From an uncultured Candidatus Bathyarchaeia archaeon (lineage in GTDB: Archaea; Thermoproteota; Bathyarchaeia; TCS64): DNA of 34,394 nt. Numbering within the stretch: the stretch's first letter is position 1; each line of letters begins with the position of its first letter. Shown here piece by piece: positions 25,569 to 33,550 of this stretch. The notes below the pieces were generated by a model. It was not told where the DNA came from, did no database searches, and was given only the letters and a program-made list of their open reading frames with translations. The position numbers were made by a program, and so were the translations under genes. The stretch is taken from assembly GCA_964650675.1 (NCBI GenBank), contig CAZYUK010000001.1, forward strand, positions 1-34,394, in the 5' to 3' direction.

Positions 25569-25916
25569 TTATTTTAGTATCTTCACCTTGGAGGCGTCGA
25601 CGCCCTCCGTGAGCAGCTGGGTAAGACTCTTCACCTCGCCCTTCGATGAGAGTATCTTTTGCCTCGCCAAACCCGAGAAGTCGAAGGCAGCCACCGTAAC
25701 AGGATGAGTGAGGCTGCCTGAGGCGAGGACCTTGCCGGGTACGGCGACGATTTCTCCCTCCCTCGTATTCCTCTCGATCGTGCTCAGGTTAACGGCGGCC
25801 CTGTTCCTCTTCGACCCCTCCAACTCCTCCGCCAGCGCGGCCCAGATGGGCTTCCCCGTCCTCTTCGCTGCTGTTTTCAGCTCCTTAATCGTCTTAAGTA
25901 ACTCAGGGTTCCTCAA
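25569..25916 (-). CDS. rpl18e: 50S ribosomal protein eL18 (L18e)
   Basis: NPELLKTIKELKTAAKRTGKPIWAALAEEL...VNLSTIERNT...VAVPGKVLASGSLTHPVTVAAFDFS is typical L18e. The track ORF (to 26054) would overlap rpoD by 150 nt. I start at in-frame TTG 25916, preceded by GGAGG about 8 nt upstream, which gives a 14-nt overlap with the rpoD end. Confidence 0.85.
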   Translation of the reverse strand: MRNPELLKTIKELKTAAKRTGKPIWAALAEELEGSKRNRAAVNLSTIERNTREGEIVAVPGKVLASGSLTHPVTVAAFDFSGLARQKILSSKGEVKSLTQLLTEGVDASKVKILK

Positions 25917-26844
25917 AAGGTGGTCCTCCCTCCTCCTCTCCCTCGCCTTCCTCCTCCTCGTCGAAGTCGCCAGTGCCCACGGCGTACAGCTTGCGGCCGA
26001 CCTCCTGAGGGGCCTCGAAGTCGAGTATCTCCTCGTGCACCTCGCCCCCGTCAAGCTTCTTGGTGAGCTCCACGAGCTTCTCCTCCAGGATCTTCACCGC
26101 CTCGGCGACTATCCGCTCAGGCTTCAGGGCGCCGGTCGACTCGACCGTGAAAGCGAACTCGTTCTCCTTCATATGTTCCCTGAGGGAGCCCTCGCCGAGG
26201 AGTTGCTTGCATGAATCGGTTCTGTTAAAGGACTGGACATCCACGACCCTGATCTTGGTGGCGCTGACTGGGATCACTGCCCTGGGACAATCCGTAGCGC
26301 ATGCCTTAATGAGCGCCTTATCAGTCGACGTGATTTCGGCTACATTCTGGTAGATTGCCATAGATACGGGCGACCATTTGGAGTTGATCTTCCCCCTGCC
26401 CAGCTGGGCGTACGCCTCGAACCTGATTGCCTGCCCGGGCGCCAACTTCGCCAACGGGATGTACTGGCTGACCGGCGTCGTCCCCGGATCAGCGGAGACG
26501 ATGTCGCCCGAGTACACGACCCGGCTCCCGGCTCCCGCCTTGATGTCCAGGGTGAGGGCCACCCTGCACTTCGGGCATCCGAGCTCCGCGCCGCAGTCAC
26601 ACCTCTCCGGCAGGACGTAGTGGTCTAGGTCCGTCTTCAGCGGCACCATGCCTATCCTGTGGGCCAGGACCTCGTCGGGGACCACGGAGGAGTTGTCGAA
26701 GTAGAAGATGTCGTCTATGGCCATGGTCGGCACCTCGGCTATCATCGTGCGCCTGAGCGCGTTGGCCAGAGCCACGTCGCACTCCTCGACGACGAACCTG
26801 ATGACCTCGTCGCTTACGCCAAGCACGTTGACCTTCAAATCCAT
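25903..26844 (-). CDS. rpoD: DNA-directed RNA polymerase subunit D (Rpo3), with an acidic C-terminal extension
   Basis: LANALRRTMIAEVPTMAIDD, the Cys cluster CDCGAELGCPKC, and the position after rps11. The C-terminal ~50 aa, ending DFDEEEEGEGEEEGGPPFEEP, lie beyond the usual end. Confidence 0.9.
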   Translation of the reverse strand: MDLKVNVLGVSDEVIRFVVEECDVALANALRRTMIAEVPTMAIDDIFYFDNSSVVPDEVLAHRIGMVPLKTDLDHYVLPERCDCGAELGCPKCRVALTLDIKAGAGSRVVYSGDIVSADPGTTPVSQYIPLAKLAPGQAIRFEAYAQLGRGKINSKWSPVSMAIYQNVAEITSTDKALIKACATDCPRAVIPVSATKIRVVDVQSFNRTDSCKQLLGEGSLREHMKENEFAFTVESTGALKPERIVAEAVKILEEKLVELTKKLDGGEVHEEILDFEAPQEVGRKLYAVGTGDFDEEEEGEGEEEGGPPFEEP

Positions 26845-26857
26845 CCCAACCGAACGC

Positions 26858-27250
26858 CTAGGGCCTTCTGCCTCTCCTTCCGCCGGGCTTCCTCGTGCCG
26901 TCGTGGGGTGTCGGGGTGGTCTCCTCTATCCTGCCGATCCTGAAGCCGCTCCTTGCCAGGATGCGGATGGCGGCCTGTGCCCCTGGCCCCGGGGTCTTCG
27001 ACCCGCTTCCCCCGGGCGCCCTGACCTTGATGTGGATGGCGTTCACGCCCTTGTCCCTGCCCCAGTCGGCGATCTGCTGAGCAGCCTTCATCGCCGCGTA
27101 TGGGCTCGGCTTGAGCCTGTCCGCCTTGACGAACATGCCCCCCGTGGCGAAGCCGAGGGTCTCGGCGCCCGTCGCATCCGTCATGTGGATGATCGTGTTG
27201 TTGAAGCTGCTATAGATGTGGACTATAGCCCATTTCTCTTCACCGCTCAA
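26858..27250 (-). CDS. rps11: 30S ribosomal protein uS11
   Basis: [24 protein letters not shown]...[45 protein letters not shown]. Confidence 0.95.
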   Translation of the reverse strand: MSGEEKWAIVHIYSSFNNTIIHMTDATGAETLGFATGGMFVKADRLKPSPYAAMKAAQQIADWGRDKGVNAIHIKVRAPGGSGSKTPGPGAQAAIRILARSGFRIGRIEETTPTPHDGTRKPGGRRGRRP

Positions 27251-27794
27251 CCTTCACTCCTCCAGCTGCTTCCTCTACCGCCATCGCCCTGCGGAGCGGG
27301 TGATCCTTGGAGGCGTACGGGCTCGAGGCCGCGTAGTCCAGCGTCCTCTCATCGTCTATCCTGACGTGGTAGCTCGGCGCGGTCACCTTCCTGCCATCGA
27401 TCGAAATGTGGCCGTGTACTATCAGCTGCCTCGCCTGGAAGAAGCCCCTGGCGAGCCCCCTCCTGACTATGTATGTCTGGAGCCTCCTTTCGAGGAGATC
27501 CTCGATGCTCAGGGTGAGGACGTCCTCAGGGGTTCCGTTGGGCCCCACAAGCCCCATCTTGTTGAGCTTGTCCATGAGCTCCTTCTGCCTGACGGCCCTC
27601 TCCTCGGCGCCCAGGGAGAGGATACCCCTCGCCCTCCGCCGGAGCTCGCTGAGCTCGGTCTTGAGGCGCCAGAGCTCACGCTTGTTGCGGAGACCGTAGC
27701 CCCCTATCAGCTTCAGCTCCTCCATCAGGTTCTCTGTGTCGTAGGGGCGCTGCGGGGTCGTGTACTTCTTGTGCTTCCTCTTAGGATCTCCCAT
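27240..27794 (-). CDS. rps4: 30S ribosomal protein uS4
   Basis: [19 protein letters not shown]...[10 protein letters not shown]... plus an S4 RNA-binding domain ([32 protein letters not shown]). Confidence 0.95.
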   Translation of the reverse strand: MGDPKRKHKKYTTPQRPYDTENLMEELKLIGGYGLRNKRELWRLKTELSELRRRARGILSLGAEERAVRQKELMDKLNKMGLVGPNGTPEDVLTLSIEDLLERRLQTYIVRRGLARGFFQARQLIVHGHISIDGRKVTAPSYHVRIDDERTLDYAASSPYASKDHPLRRAMAVEEAAGGVKVER

Positions 27795-27805
27795 CTACAA
27801 GCCCT

Positions 27806-28303
27806 CTAATCCCTTTGCTGCTCCTGCTGTGCCTGCGCCTGCTGCTGTGCCTGAAGCTGCTGCTTCTTGCTGACGCCCACGCTCCGTCCCTTCCTGGCGG
27901 TGGTCTTCGTGTGCTGTCCGCGAACCTTTATCCCCCTCGCGTGGCGTTCACCCTTCCAGCTCCGGGTCTCCCTCATCAGCTCTATATCCTCCTTGAGCCT
28001 GAAACCGAGGTCGGACCCCAGGAGGTGGATATCTTCCCCTGTCATCGGGTCCTTCCGCCTGTTGAGTATCCACTTCGGGAGACCGCTCTTGACCGGGTCC
28101 TTGAGGGCCTCATCAAGCCTCTTGACATCCGCGTCCGATAGGCTTCCAAGCCTGGTCGTTGCGTCGATCTCCGAGGCCTTCGTTATCGAGAGTGCGAGCC
28201 TTATGCCGACCCCCTTTATGTCGCAGAGGGCGTATGGGACCGTCTTCGTGCCGTCTAGGTTGGTGCCTTGCAGTCTCACTATGTAGTTGAATTCCCTTGA
28301 CAC
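27806..28303 (-). CDS. rps13: 30S ribosomal protein uS13, with a Gln/Ala-rich C-terminal tail
   Basis: IVRLQGTNLDGTKTVPYALCDIKGVGIRLA...RSWKGERHARGIKVRGQHTKTTARKG. GTG start 28303 with GGGAGA SD. The tail is KKQQLQAQQQAQAQQEQQRD. Confidence 0.93.
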   Translation of the reverse strand: MSREFNYIVRLQGTNLDGTKTVPYALCDIKGVGIRLALSITKASEIDATTRLGSLSDADVKRLDEALKDPVKSGLPKWILNRRKDPMTGEDIHLLGSDLGFRLKEDIELMRETRSWKGERHARGIKVRGQHTKTTARKGRSVGVSKKQQLQAQQQAQAQQEQQRD

Positions 28304-28459
28304 GCGGAAATCTCCCAGCAGTGTGTAGCGGTAAAGGATAAAAACATTATTAAAATGTTACTATTAGCCCCTGCTTCGATATCCGAACCGAATAAAAATT
28401 GGGATTGTTCTCCAGACAGCCACCTTGAGTGGGCGGATGCCCTCTCACGCCTCACCGAC

Positions 28460-29542
28460 TTAAATCGTGGTGCCTGCTGGGCCGATCCTGACGTTGCCGT
28501 TGCTCGTAGAGACATCGATGACCAATTTCACTGCGAAGGAGTCGTAGCCGGTGGTCTGAGCCGACTTATCCGTGTTTGTGTTCCTCGAGTAGCTGAGGTT
28601 CGGTAGGTCGAAGGTCACGACGCCGTTGCTTGTCCTGGCGGCGACCCTGTAGCCTGCGGAGGAGGGCGTGCTTATGTTCACGGCGCCGTTCGAGGTTGAC
28701 AGATCGTAGCTTCCGCTGACGGAGCCCGTGATTGCTAAGGATATGGGGCCGTTGCTGGTCGAAACATCCATGACCCTCGCATCAACACGGCCCTCAACCC
28801 CGCCGTTTGAGGTGCTGCCCGTGATGGTGTCGGCGGACACGTTCGTGAACGTGAACCTGCCATTGGAGGTGAGGAGGCTTATCGTCCCCCCGTTCAGTAT
28901 TTCGGTTAGGGTTATGTAGCCGTTGCTGGACGCCAGGTTCAAGTCGATCCTTGAAGATGAGGGCAGCTTGACTGTGACCTCCACGCTATACGGTGGATTA
29001 GGTGTGCTCGGGTAGTCGTAGGTGAGGATGAGCTGCTGTTTTCCCCCGACGACGTCCTTGTTCATGGAGATCGTCATCCTCGCTAGGTTCTGGTCAGCCT
29101 CGTTCTGGGAGAAGCCCCTCGCCTTGACGACCGCGGTGACCTCGTACTCGTTCCTATCCCAGGTGGAGACGGTGACGGGGCCGTTTATGTTATCGACCCT
29201 GAAGTAGACGCCGGGCTCCGTGGACGCGCCTGTGAACGTCTTGATGTCCTGGGCTGTGTAGGGCCCCCAGCCTCCGGTGCCTGAAAAGCTGGATATGAAG
29301 GAGAAGCCCTGGGTCATGAAGAGAGCTATGACCAGGCCGCCCGCTATGGAGCCGCCGAGCCTGTTGAATGGAGAACCTGGACTGATCCATCTCATTAATC
29401 CGGATAGAATCACCCCAGCCCCGAGGATTATGAACAACCATGCCATCGTGTTCTGGCTTAGGTCTACGGAGCTGAAGATGTACCACCCGACGCCTATGCC
29501 GAGGAGAACCCCGCCGAACCAAAGCGCCGAAGATTCTCTCAT
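28460..29542 (-). CDS. membrane-anchored DUF4097 ('toastrack'/putative adhesin) repeat protein
   Basis: N-terminal hydrophobic helices, then repeated beta-solenoid-like units carrying (S/T)SNG: LASSNGYITL, LTSNGRFTF, STSNGGVEG, STSNGPISL, STSNGAVNI, RTSNGVVTF, STSNGNVRI. The track ORF starts at TTG 29569; ATG 29542 is preferred. Confidence 0.7.
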   Translation of the reverse strand: MRESSALWFGGVLLGIGVGWYIFSSVDLSQNTMAWLFIILGAGVILSGLMRWISPGSPFNRLGGSIAGGLVIALFMTQGFSFISSFSGTGGWGPYTAQDIKTFTGASTEPGVYFRVDNINGPVTVSTWDRNEYEVTAVVKARGFSQNEADQNLARMTISMNKDVVGGKQQLILTYDYPSTPNPPYSVEVTVKLPSSSRIDLNLASSNGYITLTEILNGGTISLLTSNGRFTFTNVSADTITGSTSNGGVEGRVDARVMDVSTSNGPISLAITGSVSGSYDLSTSNGAVNISTPSSAGYRVAARTSNGVVTFDLPNLSYSRNTNTDKSAQTTGYDSFAVKLVIDVSTSNGNVRIGPAGTTI

Positions 29543-29741
29543 TCCGTTATCACACGCCCTCTTTACCAACGTCCGAGATAAAAGGATTGATTTTTCATGG
29601 GAGCAGGATTATCGGAGCCAGAGGCGTTGTCGAAGGGGGTTTTCTAGAACAGCTCCTGGCTCCTGTTGATGATCTCCCATTTTGTCTATATCCTGTTGAT
29701 GTGACTGGGCACACAGTGAGGCGGTTACTTTAGATCTCCAG

Positions 29742-29987
29742 CTAGCTCCTGTTTATCGATTCGCCGTATGTGATCAATGTTATGGTGCTCTTCACGTTGT
29801 CAAGGCGCCTGATGTGGTTAAAGACTGTCTCCTTCACCTTATCCATCGTGTCGGCCTCTATCTCAACTATCACATCGTAGATGCCGTAAAGGGAGTAGAT
29901 CGCCTTGATCTCCTTGACGCCGCTCAGGGCCTTCGTCACCTCGGCCTCCTTGCCGAGCTCGGTGTTAAGCAGGACGTATGCCTTCAA
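29742..29987 (-). CDS. stand-alone Lrp/AsnC ligand-binding (RAM) domain protein, no HTH
   Basis: 81 aa. MKAYVLLNTELGKEAEVTKALSGVKEIKAIYSLYGIYDVIVEIEADTMDKVKETVF..I..L..V..T.T matches the RAM-domain beta-alpha-beta-beta-alpha-beta pattern. Confidence 0.7.
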   Translation of the reverse strand: MKAYVLLNTELGKEAEVTKALSGVKEIKAIYSLYGIYDVIVEIEADTMDKVKETVFNHIRRLDNVKSTITLITYGESINRS

Positions 29988-30144
29988 TTCCGGTTCAGGT
30001 TTGAACTATGGGCTCCAGCCTTATATTTATTCACCATATTAGATGCTTGGCGCCGCATTTCCTGTGTTTTAGGACACCGATTCTCCCATCCTCGTTGGGA
30101 TCATGCCCTTTCTGTCTTGTCATCAGGCTTTCTGCGGTTATTGA

Positions 30145-30972
30145 TCAGGTAAATGATCTAAGCCTCTCAAATATACTCTCAAGGCTTCGGAGGGGCAGCC
30201 TGGCTACCCATGCTTCCGCCTCCCTTCCGATCTCCAATCTCTCAACATATTTCTTAGCGGCGCGCTTGGTTGAGGGTGTGCCATGCTCCGAGTGAGCACC
30301 TATCACGGCATCCACCAGCGCATTCTTCAGCTTCTTGTCACCCCTCAAAATGACGCCCCTCATTATCGCCCCGGCCGGCGAGGAGACCCGCCTAGGCCTC
30401 AGAGTCAATAGGCTGGTGGACGTATCAGGCTCCGGATAATAGGCGGAGGGCGGAACCTGCTCGACGAGTCTCACATCGAAGAAGAGGTTCGATGCAAACG
30501 TGAGTCTGCTGTACTCCGCCTCCTCCTCTTCCGCCAACAGGATTCGGGCGAAAGAAGACGAGACCAGTATCGACGCAGCCTTGAATCTCTTCCTCATGAG
30601 CCTCTGGATGAGAGCCTCCGAGATGCTATAAGGGAGGTTGGAGACGACCTTATCGAATTCTGGGAGCTCGACGATCAACGCGTCACCCTCGATGACCTCT
30701 ACGTTTCTAAGGTCTCCCAGCCTCTCCCTCAGGATCGGAAGAAACTTGGGGTTCTTCTCTATGGCGTAGACCTTTAGTGCCCTCTCGGCGAGGTACAGTG
30801 TGATGTTTCCTGCGCCTGCCCCGACCTCAAGAACGGTATCGTTTGCGCCCACCTCAGCGGCGTCGATCATACGCCTGATGAGGTCGGCGTCGACGATGTG
30901 CTGTTCATCCCTCGAGGGGTCCGCCGTGACGCCGAATCTACGTAGAAGCCCTAAGGTCTCTTCCCTGAGCAT
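30145..30972 (-). CDS. rsmA: 16S rRNA (adenine1518/1519-N6)-dimethyltransferase (KsgA/Dim1)
   Basis: SAM motif VLEVGAGAGNITLYL and catalytic VVSNLPYSISEALI. Starting at ATG 30972 avoids the 41-nt overlap with the upstream gene that the 31023 start would create. Confidence 0.85.
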   Translation of the reverse strand: MLREETLGLLRRFGVTADPSRDEQHIVDADLIRRMIDAAEVGANDTVLEVGAGAGNITLYLAERALKVYAIEKNPKFLPILRERLGDLRNVEVIEGDALIVELPEFDKVVSNLPYSISEALIQRLMRKRFKAASILVSSSFARILLAEEEEAEYSRLTFASNLFFDVRLVEQVPPSAYYPEPDTSTSLLTLRPRRVSSPAGAIMRGVILRGDKKLKNALVDAVIGAHSEHGTPSTKRAAKKYVERLEIGREAEAWVARLPLRSLESIFERLRSFT

Positions 30973-30982
30973 CCCACAACCC

Positions 30983-31732
30983 CTAGAGTAGGTAGCGTGG
31001 CTCGCCCTTGACAGAGTTGACAAGCTCGAGGGCCGCCTCGACGTTCTTATCGACGCCTTCGATCATCAGCCTCACACTGCCCTCGGCGCCTGCGACGCCG
31101 CCGGCCGCGTACAGGGTCGCGTAGACTCCGGCAAGCACCTCGAGGGCTTCGATCTCGGTGACTATGATGCCGGTTATCGGCCACATCCTTGGACCCTCGT
31201 AGTCCTCCTCCATGGCGAGTAGGTGGAGGTCGTTGATATCCTCGTAGACCAGCTTCTCCAGGCCAACCGGTATTACGAGGTTTATCTGCTTTCCAATTAT
31301 GCCGCCGAGGACTGCTCCAACCGTTCCTCCCTTCGGGTCACCTATCAAGACGCCCGCTACTTGATCGACGTAGTCTAGGGCGTTGGCTCCCTTGATGTAG
31401 ACGTCCCCCTTCTTCATCTGCTCTATCGCGGTGAACCTGTTGAGCTCCTTCGCTATCTTGCCGTTCCTGAAAACGACGTCGGGGATAGTCTCCCCCTGTG
31501 GCGTCGCATGTTTCTCCGGAACATCGGGCGTGGTTATGCCACTCCTGTACCGCCTCTTATCGATCCTCTCCCCAGTCAGCTCCTCGAGGACGTAGGAGTT
31601 TGTGGTGCCAGTCGCCACGACGACTGTGCCTTCCCTCATAGCCCTCTGTACCTCGGGCAAGGCGGCGACGCCCTTAGCTATCAGCCGCTTGGACTCCGCC
31701 ACGGTCAGGACGACCTGCCTCTTCATAATCAT
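30983..31732 (-). CDS. conserved hypothetical protein (249 aa)
   Basis: Clean ORF with coding-like composition. The stretch DVYIKGANALDYVDQVAGVLIGDPKGGTVG...LVIPVGLEKLV is weakly reminiscent of LUD/YkgG-type domains. That resemblance is not good enough to assign a function. Confidence 0.5.
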   Translation of the reverse strand: MIMKRQVVLTVAESKRLIAKGVAALPEVQRAMREGTVVVATGTTNSYVLEELTGERIDKRRYRSGITTPDVPEKHATPQGETIPDVVFRNGKIAKELNRFTAIEQMKKGDVYIKGANALDYVDQVAGVLIGDPKGGTVGAVLGGIIGKQINLVIPVGLEKLVYEDINDLHLLAMEEDYEGPRMWPITGIIVTEIEALEVLAGVYATLYAAGGVAGAEGSVRLMIEGVDKNVEAALELVNSVKGEPRYLL

Positions 31733-31803
31733 CGGGAGTGAATAGGATGGGGCGTGGTTAAAAAGGGGGCGGCGCCATAAGAACCCCTAATATTGGCATT
31801 TGG

Positions 31804-32958
31804 GTGAGTATTACGGATATGCCCAAGGCTCCTGAGGACCCTCTTGCGAGAATCACGAAGACCCTCTCGGATTGGGATTCATCCCTTAGTGATCCCGGTT
31901 CGAGTCAGCGGAGCCTGCTCATGCGGCTCCTCGAAGGTTACGCCAAAACTGAGTATGGGGAGACTCACTCTGCCGCCTCCGTCGAATCCATAGAAGAATA
32001 CAGACGAAGTTTCCCAGTTGTCAGGTACGACGAGGTCGAGCCTTGGTTCATGAGGGTCAGGGATGAGGGCTACAGGGTCTTCCTCCCCGAGGAGCCTCTC
32101 ACCTGGGTCATGACGAGGGGGACGACGGGCAGGTCGAAGGTCATACCGGTGACGTCGAGGCATCTCCAGGACATAGTAAGGTGCGGCTCCAGAGCCGTCC
32201 TTAACTTCAGCATGAGGCATGGGGGACTGGAGCTGCTCGCCGGCGGCGTCCTCAACCTCCAGTTCCCCTCCAACACCGAGACGATGAAGATTGGCGATCG
32301 TGACGTCGTGTACGGCTTCAGCTCAGGCACCTACGCGAGACTGAACCCGATGATGGCGGGACTCAGCCTCGTGCCGAGGCAGGAGGAGATAGACTCCCTG
32401 AAAACGGGGTTGACGGAGGACGACTGGGAGCAGCGCTACGAGTACATCTACGGGAAGGCCAAGGACAGGGAGATCGTAAGCATAATAGGGGTGGCGCCTG
32501 TCCAGACCGGCTTCGCCAGATACCTGAAGAGGAGGCACGGCGTCTACCCGAAGGAGCTCTGGCGATTGAAGGTCGTCTACAGCACGAGCGTCGCGAAGAT
32601 ACAGACGAGATACGCACCTAGGCTGAGGATGATGTACGGCGATGTTCCCGTCGTCGAGATGTACACGGCCACGGAGGGCGCCTTCGGCCAGCAGAGGGAT
32701 GATCTGCCATACATAATGCCCAACTATGACGCCTACTTCTTCGAGGCGAAGACGGGGGACGGTGTCAAGATGCTATCCGAGTTGAGGCGCGGTGAATGGG
32801 GTCGCCTCATCGTCTCGACGAGCATCCTGCCGAGGTACGAGATAGGCGACCTCGTCGAGGCGATGGGTAAGAACTATTTCAGGGTCTTCGGGCGGGACCG
32901 ACCGGAGGTCGTCCTAGAGCACCTGTTATACAGGGCGCTGTACCGATGGTTCCTCTAG
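31804..32958 (+). CDS. GH3-family-like adenylate-forming enzyme, apparently lacking the C-terminal subdomain
   Basis: P-loop-like VMTRGTTGRSKVIPVT, YSTS, and EMYTATEGAFGQQ. It ends about 20 aa after the hinge-like FRVFGRDRPEVV. GTG 31804 or ATG 31819 as start. Confidence 0.6.
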   Translation: MSITDMPKAPEDPLARITKTLSDWDSSLSDPGSSQRSLLMRLLEGYAKTEYGETHSAASVESIEEYRRSFPVVRYDEVEPWFMRVRDEGYRVFLPEEPLTWVMTRGTTGRSKVIPVTSRHLQDIVRCGSRAVLNFSMRHGGLELLAGGVLNLQFPSNTETMKIGDRDVVYGFSSGTYARLNPMMAGLSLVPRQEEIDSLKTGLTEDDWEQRYEYIYGKAKDREIVSIIGVAPVQTGFARYLKRRHGVYPKELWRLKVVYSTSVAKIQTRYAPRLRMMYGDVPVVEMYTATEGAFGQQRDDLPYIMPNYDAYFFEAKTGDGVKMLSELRRGEWGRLIVSTSILPRYEIGDLVEAMGKNYFRVFGRDRPEVVLEHLLYRALYRWFL

Positions 32959-33482
32959 GGACGAGGGCTCTTCCCTCTCTGCGTGAAGCCTGAGAGGATT
33001 ATGTAGACGCCGACGATTATGAAGATGACCGCCCACCAGTTACTTATCCCATATATCTCGCCGGCGCCGAAGAGAGCAATGATTGCACCCCCGATGACGT
33101 AACCCACCGCCGCACGCCAGCTGCTCGTCCTGACATAGGCCATGAGGCCACGTAGGATAAGTATCGCCCCGACGCCGAGCACGAAATACTGCCACCAGTT
33201 TACCCATGTTATGTAGCCGTAGTCCCTGATGAGGAATGAGACGCCGAGCCAGAGTAGGATCAGCCCGCCCGTGAGGGCGCCGAGGGCCCTGTCCTCATGC
33301 TCGCCCTTCTCGGATTTCTCACCCTTCTCAGACTTTTCCTCCTTCTCGCCCTTCTCAGACTTTTCCTCCTTCTCGTCGTGGCGCTTGTAGATCGGCCTCC
33401 CGACCTTCAATGGCGCTTGGCATTGAGGGCAGTAGACATCGTCTTCCTTGACCTCTTTCCCGCATCTAGGACAATAGGGCAT
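32955..33482 (-). CDS. zinc-ribbon membrane protein with an EKSEKG-repeat linker
   Basis: CPRCG...CPQCQ zinc ribbon, then the charged repeat DEKEEKSEKGEKEEKSEKGEKSEKGEHED, then about four hydrophobic helices. Confidence 0.65.
   Translation of the reverse strand: MPYCPRCGKEVKEDDVYCPQCQAPLKVGRPIYKRHDEKEEKSEKGEKEEKSEKGEKSEKGEHEDRALGALTGGLILLWLGVSFLIRDYGYITWVNWWQYFVLGVGAILILRGLMAYVRTSSWRAAVGYVIGGAIIALFGAGEIYGISNWWAVIFIIVGVYIILSGFTQRGKSPRP
33322..33375. repeat. perfect 27-bp tandem duplication (x2) inside the zinc-ribbon gene
   Basis: CCCTTCTCAGACTTTTCCTCCTTCTCG occurs at 33322-33348 and again at 33349-33375. A degenerate third unit lies just upstream (about 33295-33321). In-frame, at 9 codons per unit. 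Confidence 0.9.
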
Positions 33483-33550
33483 GACACAATTCCCTTCTTG
33501 CGGTAGAAAGGAACAATCGTCCTTTTAAAAAAGGTTCCTAAAACACTATT

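Noticed and set aside
25424-25612. 62-aa plus-strand ORF
   Set aside because: It is the antisense reading of tRNA-Lys and its promoter region.
25569-26054. Long version (161 aa) of the rpl18e ORF
   Set aside because: Its first ~46 codons overlap the rpoD tail in another frame and are Arg/Ser/Thr-rich. Homology to L18e starts at NPELLK. In-frame TTG 25916 with a GGAGG SD fits better.
26708-27809. Two long plus-strand ORFs (218 aa and 197 aa) opposite rpoD, rps11 and rps4
   Set aside because: They are antisense to universally conserved genes and have no recognisable motifs.
29655-29720. Possible C/D-box sRNA (TGATGA-like boxes at about 29667 and TGATGT at about 29697)
   Set aside because: There are no CTGA D or D' boxes at the required spacing on either strand, and no terminal stem.
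33295-33375. Tandem repeats considered as a CRISPR array or minisatellite
   Set aside because: The units are contiguous with no spacers, in-frame, and inside a CDS. This is a coding tandem duplication.
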